Source: a virus (lineage: Duplodnaviria; Caudoviricetes). Taken from it: a stretch of DNA of 63,048 nt. The notes under the pieces are model-generated. The model was given only the letters and a program-made list of their open reading frames with translations. It was not told the DNA's origin and searched no databases. Shown in pieces: positions 30,589-38,905 of the stretch. Where the stretch lies: positions 1 through 63,048 of the IMG/VR virus record IMGVR_UViG_3300032322_002946. The stretch is one strand, 5' to 3'. Position 1 is the stretch's first letter. Every line of letters starts with the position of its first letter. Both the position numbers and the translations under genes were made by a program.

Positions 30589-31626
30589 TTAAACTTTTAA
30601 TTCAATTCTAAAATTAGTGAATGATATTAAATCACCGACATCTTCAAAGTCTTCTTGATTAGTGCATCCAAAGAACATTTCAATACCAGACCCGAAAAAT
30701 CTCAATGGTGATTCATCTTTTTCCCATCTGTATAAATTTGGATTTTTATCAATTGGTTCGTAATTTGTCTGTGTGTAATACCACTCAGTAAGTCTTGTAA
30801 TAGTTTCTTTAATCTCAAACCAAAAGAAAAGATTACCTGGATATTTTCCTCCTGGAGAGGTGGGTAATCCTGGCATTTCTCTATCAGGAGAACCATATGG
30901 CCTTGTGATATAAACTTCTAAATAAATATCAGTCTTATCATCTTTTACAAATTTATCTATACTTGATTTATCTTTTCTCATTCTTGATAAATTAACTTGC
31001 AAACCAACATCTTTTAAATCGAGCATTAAATCATCAACCATATACTCAAACTCATCTAAGTTAGATTCTTTTAATAATCTAAACTTAAGAAGTGGTTTAT
31101 CATTAATAGTAATATCACCTTTACTATTTTTACCAATTTTTTTAACTACCATTTTCTTGTTCTTAAAACGACCACCTAAAACGGTATCACCTACTTTAAT
31201 AGGAACTTTTATATCTTCATTTCTTACACCAATAGGTTTAACTTGAGGCTTGTAGTAAATATAAATATTTAAGTCATACATTTCTTCACCTGCAAACTCA
31301 ATTAAAAAATCTTCAAGTGGTAGATAAGTATCATCTGTTGGAAATCCAAAATCAATATGCCAGTTACTGCCAAATAAATAGTCTTTTAATCTTAAAATAA
31401 TATCTTTTATATCATCAATTGTAAAAAATCTTTGTTGATTATCTTTTAGACTTATCATTATACAATCACATCCACTAATACCATCTTGATAATAATGTAT
31501 ATTAGTTCTTATACTATAGTCTATTTCAACCTCATTGAATTCTAAACAAATATCACTAATAACATCAATTATGCTTTCGTGTGGATTTGAATGCTCAAAT
31601 AATTTATATGTTTTTAAGTGTTTCAA
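30589..31626 (-). CDS. Three-module protein with leader motif
   Basis: MKHLKTYKLFE; internal boundaries at VRNE and LLKES. Confidence 0.6.
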   Translation of the reverse strand: MKHLKTYKLFEHSNPHESIIDVISDICLEFNEVEIDYSIRTNIHYYQDGISGCDCIMISLKDNQQRFFTIDDIKDIILRLKDYLFGSNWHIDFGFPTDDTYLPLEDFLIEFAGEEMYDLNIYIYYKPQVKPIGVRNEDIKVPIKVGDTVLGGRFKNKKMVVKKIGKNSKGDITINDKPLLKFRLLKESNLDEFEYMVDDLMLDLKDVGLQVNLSRMRKDKSSIDKFVKDDKTDIYLEVYITRPYGSPDREMPGLPTSPGGKYPGNLFFWFEIKETITRLTEWYYTQTNYEPIDKNPNLYRWEKDESPLRFFGSGIEMFFGCTNQEDFEDVGDLISFTNFRIELKV

Positions 31627-32195
31627 ATTCCAATTTGTTTTTTTAATAAGTCAAAAAAGTCGGTAGGTTGAAGTCTCATAATATCAGAAGACATCATTCT
31701 ATAAACCATCTCACCAGCTCTTTCATTTCCTCTCAATCTCATCTCTTCAAAATTCATCTCTGTTTCAAATCCACATTGTCTCATAGAATTTATCGCAAAA
31801 TCATTAGCGTCTCTTTCTAACTGGTTGTATGCCAACATGAACGCATCTTTATCACCATCTAAAACTGTTTGATAATAACCTTGCATAAAATCACCCTGTC
31901 TGTGTTGGTCACAATGTCTAGATTCATGAAGTGCTAAAAACAATTTAATATGTGGTGGCATAGGTAGATTAGAGTTGATACAGATAGTGTCACCACCTAA
32001 GAAAACTCCAGCAATTGGTTGTTGTGTTCTGAAACTAAAGAAATGAATTTTAATTTCACTTCTATTTTGATTCCACCAATTAATGATAGAGTTGCATTTA
32101 AAGTCTGGCATTCTAATTTCTTGTAAGAATTGCTCAATAGTAATTTGACTATCTTGTAGTGATTCAAATAATTTGTATGGTTTTAGATGTTTCAT
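31623..32195 (-). CDS. Zincin-like metallopeptidase with leader motif
   Basis: LHESRH (HExxH) plus downstream ERDA; MKHLKPYKLFES. Confidence 0.6.
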   Translation of the reverse strand: MKHLKPYKLFESLQDSQITIEQFLQEIRMPDFKCNSIINWWNQNRSEIKIHFFSFRTQQPIAGVFLGGDTICINSNLPMPPHIKLFLALHESRHCDQHRQGDFMQGYYQTVLDGDKDAFMLAYNQLERDANDFAINSMRQCGFETEMNFEEMRLRGNERAGEMVYRMMSSDIMRLQPTDFFDLLKKQIGI

Positions 32196-32785
32196 TGAAA
32201 TTCATTAAATCTTTTTATTCTAAATAATGACTCTATATTATCTAACTTTGATTCTATATCAGCCAAAAGCAGTGATTGTATTCTGTTAAATCTTCTATGT
32301 GATTTAAGCACTTCTATTATATTTGATGTTTCTAGAAAGTATTTAGTTCTAAATCTTTCAGTTGCAGTAAAAGCATCTGAAATATTCTGTAGTCTGTCTG
32401 CTAACTTTATAATAAGTGCGTCATCTGACATATGTATCATTTTATCTATTAAATAATTTGTTTTACTTCCTTCATATTCATCATCAATTTCATCGCCATC
32501 TGATGTTAGTTCCCAAACTAGATTACCAACTCTGTTGCCAAAAATCTCTTTTAATTCAACAAGTCCAACATCTGGATCCTCATAACAATCTTCTAAAGTA
32601 TCATGAAGTAAGGCAGCGCATAGTAAGTCTTCATCGGTTGTATATTGTTTTACTATTGCATTAACTTTCACAACGTGAGCTCCAAAGTAAGGTTTATTGA
32701 TAAATTTTCTTATCTGACCTTTGTGAGCTTGTTTTGCAAAATTCCAAGCCATTTTTTCTTTTTCAGTAATTGGTCTATTAGCCAT
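32192..32785 (-). CDS. HD-domain (p)ppGpp hydrolase-like (SAH/Mesh1-type)
   Basis: AHKGQIRK..PY..H, ALLHDTLED, IKLADRLQN. Confidence 0.85.
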   Translation of the reverse strand: MANRPITEKEKMAWNFAKQAHKGQIRKFINKPYFGAHVVKVNAIVKQYTTDEDLLCAALLHDTLEDCYEDPDVGLVELKEIFGNRVGNLVWELTSDGDEIDDEYEGSKTNYLIDKMIHMSDDALIIKLADRLQNISDAFTATERFRTKYFLETSNIIEVLKSHRRFNRIQSLLLADIESKLDNIESLFRIKRFNEFQ

Positions 32786-32845
32786 AGATTATATATTAAA
32801 CTTCAACAATTAAAATGGATATAATAAAAAAATAAAATTTATATT

Positions 32846-33037
32846 ATGTCAAGTTATAATGTGGAAGAAGTAATGTCAGAAGCGGTAAGTTATCGTTATG
32901 AAAACAAAGAATATTTGTTAGAAACAATTATGAAACAACTGGGTATGACTGAGGAAGATTTAGAAAACGATCCTTCTTGGGTAAGAGCTAAAGTTAGAGA
33001 AGCTAATATTGATAAAGTATTAGATACTCAAAACTAA
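32846..33037 (+). CDS. Small protein with C-terminal tag motif
   Basis: Ends VREANIDKVLD. Confidence 0.55.
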   Translation: MSSYNVEEVMSEAVSYRYENKEYLLETIMKQLGMTEEDLENDPSWVRAKVREANIDKVLDTQN

Positions 33038-33042
33038 AAAAT

Positions 33043-33068
33043 TAACCTCACTTCGGTGAGGTTTTTTT
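33043..33068 (+). terminator. Intrinsic terminator with UUCG loop
   Basis: AACCTCAC-TTCG-GTGAGGTTTTTTT. Confidence 0.85.
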
Positions 33069-33093
33069 ATGCCTTTTTATTATCTTTGTAATT

Positions 33094-33513
33094 ATGATTA
33101 CAAGAGAAAAGATTATTAAAGTACAAGATAAAATAAAAGAGGCAATTCGACAAATCGAAAAAGAAGAAAATGTAAAGATTGGATTTGGCTCTATTTCTTT
33201 TACACCTCAGAAATACCAAACTTCTATGAGTGTAACAACTTTAGATAAGTCAGAAAAGGTTGAATCAATCTTAGAAAAAACTTGCCGTTCTATTGGTTTT
33301 ACACAAAATATTATCGGAATGACATTTGAACTTAGAGGTGAAAAATACGAAATTACAGACATAAAAACTAAAAACAGAAAGTATCCTGTTATTGCAATTC
33401 GACAATCTACAAAAACGAGTTTTAAGTTTGATGTGAATTCAATTAAGAAGGCTATTGGTGGTGATAAAATTATAAACAGAAATAAAAATTTAGATAAACT
33501 AATTGGTGAGTAA
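33094..33513 (+). CDS. Hypothetical protein with C-terminal tag motif
   Basis: TATCTTTG at 33081; ends NRNKNLDKLIG. Confidence 0.6.
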   Translation: MITREKIIKVQDKIKEAIRQIEKEENVKIGFGSISFTPQKYQTSMSVTTLDKSEKVESILEKTCRSIGFTQNIIGMTFELRGEKYEITDIKTKNRKYPVIAIRQSTKTSFKFDVNSIKKAIGGDKIINRNKNLDKLIGE

Positions 33514-33905
33514 TGGATGTATATTTAGACGATAAAAAAATTCATTTAGACTGGGGGTTTCCTGAAAAGATTTCTCAATTAAAAAAAAGAGTGAGCATAA
33601 CTTTAGATATCTGTTTCTATATCTATGATCAAGAGATTAATAAAGAATTAGAATATTTAAAAACCATAGTCGAAGTACCAAATACTATTTATGTTTCAAA
33701 ATCTGACTATTATTGGTGGGTATTTGAAGATTGTAAATTAATTGATAAAAAAATAGAGAGAGATAAAAACTTCTATGATTATAAGGGAAGAGATATAGAT
33801 AAATGGAACTGCAAATTGACATTTTCATACAAAGATGTATATGGCTCTAACAAAAAGAATTTAATCGATAGAGAAATCAAACTAAAACAACTATTTGGAA
33901 ATTAA
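33513..33905 (+). CDS. Hypothetical protein with C-terminal tag motif
   Basis: Ends DREIKLKQLFG. Confidence 0.6.
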   Translation: MDVYLDDKKIHLDWGFPEKISQLKKRVSITLDICFYIYDQEINKELEYLKTIVEVPNTIYVSKSDYYWWVFEDCKLIDKKIERDKNFYDYKGRDIDKWNCKLTFSYKDVYGSNKKNLIDREIKLKQLFGN

Positions 33906-33920
33906 GTTATATAATTTTAT

Positions 33921-34340
33921 ATGAAAAAAATTGGCTTTACTTGTTCTTGTTTTGATTTATTTCATGCCGGTCATATCATGATGTTGAAAGAAGCAAAATC
34001 AATTTGTGATTATCTAATTGTCGGATTACAAACTGACCCTACTAATGATAGACCAGAAAAAAACAAACCGGTACAAAGTGTATTTGAGAGATTTGTTCAA
34101 TTAGATGCTTGTAAGTGGGTTGATGAAGTAGTTGTTTATGCTACTGAAAAGGATTTACTCGACATCTTACACTCTTATCCAATTAATGTTAGAGTTGTTG
34201 GTAACGAATATAAAGAAAAAGATTTCACTGGTAAGGACTTAGAACATATCGAAATTTATTACAATTCAAGAAAACATTCTTTCTCAACAACAGAACTCAG
34301 AAAAAGAGTAATCGATAGATATAACAAAGATAATCAATAG
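33921..34340 (+). CDS. Cytidylyltransferase (TagD/RfaE-like)
   Basis: FDLFHAGH, LIVGLQTD, ER, STT. Confidence 0.85.
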   Translation: MKKIGFTCSCFDLFHAGHIMMLKEAKSICDYLIVGLQTDPTNDRPEKNKPVQSVFERFVQLDACKWVDEVVVYATEKDLLDILHSYPINVRVVGNEYKEKDFTGKDLEHIEIYYNSRKHSFSTTELRKRVIDRYNKDNQ

Positions 34341-34380
34341 TTTCATTTTATATATAAGTAAATTTTCTTAAATTTGCTTC

Positions 34381-35703
34381 GTGAAAATATTTAACTACAT
34401 AGAATTCATCAAAGAAAATACTTCATCTGTGAATAAAATACCTACTTATAGTGAAGCCGTCGAAATGTGCTCTGGAGATGAAGCACCATTCTACGAATCA
34501 AAATACGAAGTAGAGGGATATCCTGTGTCTGTTTTTAACTATCGACTTGCTCAGTATAAAGATTTTGATACGCCTGTCCCATCAAAACCAGAACTAAAAG
34601 GTTTTGAAATGAGAGGTCTAACTTTTGTATTTAATAAAGATGGAACTCTTTACAATAGGTATGTACTTCTTGAAAAGTTCTTTAACTTAAATCAAGTTCC
34701 TACTTCAATGTACTCTGTTGTTAAAGACTATAAAATCAGATATGTTAATAACAAAGAAGATGGTTCAATCGCAACATTTATAAAACTACCTAATAATAAA
34801 ATAGTTGGTAAATCAAAAATGGGATTTGATAATGAACAAGCAACTGGTATTAACAAAATCTATAAGACTAATAAGGATGTTAAATCTTTTGTTGATTGGT
34901 GTTTAAATAACGATATCGTTCCTATATTTGAATATGTCGCTCCACATAATAGAATTGTTTTAAGATACTCAAAAGAAGAACTAATACTTCTTCGTTTAAG
35001 AGATAATAAGACTGGAAAGCACATTGATATTAAAGAACATTTAGACAAAATTGGTTCAATCAAAATTGCCCCATTTGAGGATGATGATACATTAGATGAT
35101 TTGATTGAAAAATCTAAATCAGAAGTGGATAAAGAAGGATGGATTGTTCAATTTGATAATGATCATATGCTTAAAATAAAGACAGATTGGTATTTTCAAA
35201 GACACGGTCTTTTGACTAATGATATTTACGGAGAGCATATTATAATTGGATATATCTTAGATGATTTAATTGATGATATCTTAGGTCAAATACCAGAAGA
35301 TGAAGTAGAGGCTCATTTAAGAATCAATAAAATAATCTCAATTGTCAAAAGAACATTAAGAGAAAAGGTAGATGAAATCAATTCGGCGTACAAAGAATAT
35401 CTACAATCTGGTTTATCTAAAAAGGAGTATGCAATAAAGAATAGAACAAATCCTACTTTTCCATTTGTAATGAATTTGGAAAAAGCAGAAAACTTAAAAA
35501 AGATGTCAAGAGAAGAAATACTTGATATCTATGATGATATTGAATCTTATGAAAGATCTCTTAAAAGATGTGAACCATTTGATATGGCTAAAGAGTGGCT
35601 AAGAGATAAAACTAAAAGACTAGAAATAGCTAGAGAATGGTTGAAGAGTAAAGACTCAACACTTTTCTTTCAAGAGCCAGAAGAGTCAGAAGACGATAAC
35701 TAA
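34381..35703 (+). CDS. RNA ligase, T4 Rnl1-like, with leader motif
   Basis: EMRGL, EKFFNLN, KEDGS, FEY, EGWIV, KIKTDWY; starts MKIFNYIEFIKEN (GTG). Confidence 0.85.
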   Translation: MKIFNYIEFIKENTSSVNKIPTYSEAVEMCSGDEAPFYESKYEVEGYPVSVFNYRLAQYKDFDTPVPSKPELKGFEMRGLTFVFNKDGTLYNRYVLLEKFFNLNQVPTSMYSVVKDYKIRYVNNKEDGSIATFIKLPNNKIVGKSKMGFDNEQATGINKIYKTNKDVKSFVDWCLNNDIVPIFEYVAPHNRIVLRYSKEELILLRLRDNKTGKHIDIKEHLDKIGSIKIAPFEDDDTLDDLIEKSKSEVDKEGWIVQFDNDHMLKIKTDWYFQRHGLLTNDIYGEHIIIGYILDDLIDDILGQIPEDEVEAHLRINKIISIVKRTLREKVDEINSAYKEYLQSGLSKKEYAIKNRTNPTFPFVMNLEKAENLKKMSREEILDIYDDIESYERSLKRCEPFDMAKEWLRDKTKRLEIAREWLKSKDSTLFFQEPEESEDDN

Positions 35704-35741
35704 GAGAGGTTTTTGACCTCTCTTTTTTTATATATACTTTA

Positions 35742-36143
35742 ATGAGACATCTAAAATCATATAAATTATTCGAGTCTAGCTGGTATGATATGAAAGAATA
35801 TATGAATGTTCTTGGAGACCTATCTTTAAGTTTATGGGATAAAGATTTCAATGTTCAGATTGCAGATGAAATTATAAGTAGAGTAAATCAATGTATAGTT
35901 GTAAATATAGTTAAAAGAGGATCTAATGCTAAATTTACTTATCCAGAAATAAAAGAAGAACTATTAGATATGGTTCATTATATGGATTTACAAGGTTGGG
36001 AAATATTAAATATGGAATATACACATATTGCTTCTGGACCTCTTTATTGTAAATTAGATGGTGATAAATTAGTATCAGTTATGTCAGAAGAAGAAATAGA
36101 CTACCAATTTCACCAACTTATTGTAAAATTTAAACAAAGATGA
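35742..36143 (+). CDS. Hypothetical protein with leader motif
   Basis: MRHLKSYKLFES. Confidence 0.6.
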   Translation: MRHLKSYKLFESSWYDMKEYMNVLGDLSLSLWDKDFNVQIADEIISRVNQCIVVNIVKRGSNAKFTYPEIKEELLDMVHYMDLQGWEILNMEYTHIASGPLYCKLDGDKLVSVMSEEEIDYQFHQLIVKFKQR

Positions 36144-36949
36144 AATATTTAAAAACATATAAATTATTTGAGGCTTATGTAGATAATCCAATCTTCATAA
36201 GATTTAGTCATGTTGATTTACTAAATGGTGAGTCAGAAATTGAATTTACACCAGGTGAAAGAAGAATGATTGGTCCCAAATTATTTAATGACATTTTAGT
36301 TAATATTGGATTTCCAGATAAAAGTAAATGTGTTCATTTTATGGACGAAGTATCTTATGATAACAATCCAAATTTAACTTCACTTTACGGAAAAAATCTT
36401 TATAATATAAAAGTCGATGATAACTCATTATTGGGTTGGTCTTTTGTAATGCCAATAAATGACTGGTTTTTTAGAGCTTATCAATTTTATAATAATGTGG
36501 AAAAAAATGATAAAGTAAAGTCATTATTAAGTCCAGAATTTTTTGAAATAGAACCTGAAAATGAAGTTTTTGAAACTAGTCCAGAAGCAGGTAAAGAAAC
36601 AGTAAATATTTTAATCAAAGACAATATGATTGGTTTTGGTAAATTATCTGACTTAATGAATTCACCTTACTGGGGGAAACTACCCCTATTTGCATGGACA
36701 AATGATAGTGTTAAAGTTTCTCTGAAGCCAAAAGAAGCAAAACAACCAAAAGAGGCAAAGGCTTATAAAAAACAAGCACTTTTAACACCAGATGATTTTG
36801 ATAGTTTAGGTGTTAGTAGAAGTAAAATAGGTCTTTTCTATAATTCTCCAGAAGGTAGAAAAATGTTGAGAATACAAGAGCATTTGCCTTATGACATTAA
36901 AAGAGAAGAGGCTTTGAGATTATTAAAAGTATGGTCTGAAAATTTATGA
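36140..36949 (+). CDS. Hypothetical protein with leader motif
   Basis: MKYLKTYKLFEA. Confidence 0.6.
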   Translation: MKYLKTYKLFEAYVDNPIFIRFSHVDLLNGESEIEFTPGERRMIGPKLFNDILVNIGFPDKSKCVHFMDEVSYDNNPNLTSLYGKNLYNIKVDDNSLLGWSFVMPINDWFFRAYQFYNNVEKNDKVKSLLSPEFFEIEPENEVFETSPEAGKETVNILIKDNMIGFGKLSDLMNSPYWGKLPLFAWTNDSVKVSLKPKEAKQPKEAKAYKKQALLTPDDFDSLGVSRSKIGLFYNSPEGRKMLRIQEHLPYDIKREEALRLLKVWSENL

Positions 36950-37728
36950 GATATTTAAAGACATATAAATTATTTGAATCCAAAAATTTAGATTGTTTAG
37001 CAAATCAATTCTTAGATGAATATTCCTATCAATATGATTTGAGATTAGGTAAGTCTTTTGATAAAGAAAAGGCTAATTGTTCTTGGTTTACAAAAGAATT
37101 TTATAACTGGGCTAAATCAAAATCAATAGATGTCGAAATAGTTTATTTTGATTCAGATGTAGAAGCTCATATTGCTCCTATGATTGATGGTCAAATTATT
37201 GATTTCTCAGTCAAACAATTTACTAAGAATCGTGATGATGATTATTTAATTCTTACACCTAAAGACTATGTTAAATGGGGATATCCAAAATATGAAATTC
37301 TTTCTGAGTTTCCAGATTGGGCCACGGTAAAAGAGGCAGATGAAAGGGTAAAGTTTATCAATTGGTCTGATTTCAAAAAGACCGAGATGTATGATTGTTT
37401 AACAAAAGCACATTTTTATTATGATAGTGAAGAAGACAAAGAAGAATGGGGAGTATCAGACATAAACCAATATGGTATTGAAGGTGGCTCATACTTTTGC
37501 ACAACTGATAATTGTATAACACATTACAGAGACAATCCAGGTTATGATGGAGAGTATGACTTTGAATTAGATGATATGACAATTATAGCTTTATCTAACG
37601 ATGAATATATAATGCAAGATGAAAAAGTCAAAGAAATGATATTACAAAAAGCGGATGGGTTTTATTGTCCGGAGTATGATACTTATGGATTGGTTGTTTG
37701 GAATAGAAATAAGATTAAAATGATATAA
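36946..37728 (+). CDS. Hypothetical protein with leader motif, possible transglutaminase/papain-like N-domain
   Basis: MRYLKTYKLFES; NC..H..IID arrangement (ANCSW, AHIAP, IIDFS). Confidence 0.5.
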   Translation: MRYLKTYKLFESKNLDCLANQFLDEYSYQYDLRLGKSFDKEKANCSWFTKEFYNWAKSKSIDVEIVYFDSDVEAHIAPMIDGQIIDFSVKQFTKNRDDDYLILTPKDYVKWGYPKYEILSEFPDWATVKEADERVKFINWSDFKKTEMYDCLTKAHFYYDSEEDKEEWGVSDINQYGIEGGSYFCTTDNCITHYRDNPGYDGEYDFELDDMTIIALSNDEYIMQDEKVKEMILQKADGFYCPEYDTYGLVVWNRNKIKMI

Positions 37729-38495
37729 TGAAATATTTAAAATCATATAAGATATTTGAAACTTACAATAGATTTGGTTCAAGAACTATTACTGAATCTG
37801 AATTTGATAAAATCAGAAAAGAGAATTGTAAAAACTGGACTAAGTGTGAGACTGAATTATTTAGAGGTATGTCAGATTTAGGAGACTATGTTTTTGTAGA
37901 TCCTAAACTGGGTGATTTCAGAAGTTCAATAGAAGATACAAATATACATTTAGAATTGATGTCCAATCTTCCGAGTTGGAAAGATTATCCTAGATATGAT
38001 AGATGTGTTATTGGTGGTTCTCCAGGAGCTGTTGGTTCTTATGGTGATGCTATTTATGAAGTGATACCATTTGATGATGTTAAAATTGGTGTTTGTCCTT
38101 ATCCAACTATTTGGGAGTCATTTGGAAATGATTTAATTAGTGACTGGGGTGGTGATATCTATTTAGTTGAGTATTTTTTAGGCTCTATTGGTTTAGATTC
38201 AGGTTGGATTCAAATTGGTGGTGAAACTCTTGAAAATAAATTAAAATCAATACAGGAATTTGATTTAGAAAAAGAAGAGGTAGATAATTTTATTATTGAA
38301 TGTGCTTTATTTCTTAAAAAGAAAAAAGAAGAAATAACTGGTAAAGATTGCTTTAATTTTATTAATGATTATCTTTTCAATCCTGTAATGAGGGGATTTA
38401 AGTTATTAAATTATGATGAGAATTTTAAGATAGAAAATCGAAGACAATTTTGGACAGAGGGACCAGTTTTACTTATCAAAGGTAAGTTATCTTAA
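37728..38495 (+). CDS. Hypothetical protein with leader motif; paralog of 16460-17434
   Basis: MKYLKSYKIFET; LFRG, SNLPSWKDYPR, YEVIPFD. Confidence 0.65.
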   Translation: MKYLKSYKIFETYNRFGSRTITESEFDKIRKENCKNWTKCETELFRGMSDLGDYVFVDPKLGDFRSSIEDTNIHLELMSNLPSWKDYPRYDRCVIGGSPGAVGSYGDAIYEVIPFDDVKIGVCPYPTIWESFGNDLISDWGGDIYLVEYFLGSIGLDSGWIQIGGETLENKLKSIQEFDLEKEEVDNFIIECALFLKKKKEEITGKDCFNFINDYLFNPVMRGFKLLNYDENFKIENRRQFWTEGPVLLIKGKLS

Positions 38496-38776
38496 AAGCT
38501 TCTAAAATCCTTTACACCACCGATATTTTGTAGAATTGGTGCTGCGTTTTTGATACCAGATACTGGTGTAATTGTTTTAACTTTATCAGGATTAACAACT
38601 GAGTTCATTTCATCTGGATACTCTGTAAAGTAATCAATTAAAAATTGCATGTTTTCTTCTTCTGATTTTTCATCATCCCATAGTTCTGAAAGATGTTGTT
38701 TATTCAACTCAACATAATCTTTTACCTTATTATTTAATATAGGATTCCAGTTAGACCACTCTTTTATAAATTTCAT
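38492..38776 (-). CDS. Small hypothetical protein
   Basis: MKFIKEW; TTAATATATA 4 nt upstream. Confidence 0.6.
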   Translation of the reverse strand: MKFIKEWSNWNPILNNKVKDYVELNKQHLSELWDDEKSEEENMQFLIDYFTEYPDEMNSVVNPDKVKTITPVSGIKNAAPILQNIGGVKDFRSF

Positions 38777-38836
38777 TAGTTATATATTAAACTTTTTCAG
38801 AGTCTATTTATATAAAATCAATGAAGTCAGGAATAC

Positions 38837-38877
38837 TGACAATTTGTCACTTAAAAAACTTTGGCAAACAAATTGAT
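38837..38877 (+). promoter_or_regulatory. TGACAA-T-TTGTCA palindrome plus sigma54-like -24/-12 element upstream of dnaK
   Basis: Palindrome 38837-38849; TTGGCAAACAAATTGAT 38861-38877 vs YTGGCACGNNNNTTGCW. Confidence 0.55.
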
Positions 38878-38905
38878 ATAACACATACTAAAAAATTAAA
38901 AATTT

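Noticed and set aside
15262-38495. Leader motif as a DNA repeat or attC-like cassette boundary
   Set aside because: Conservation is at the amino-acid level with variable codons, the genes are translationally coupled with no intergenic repeat, and no integrase is present in the window.
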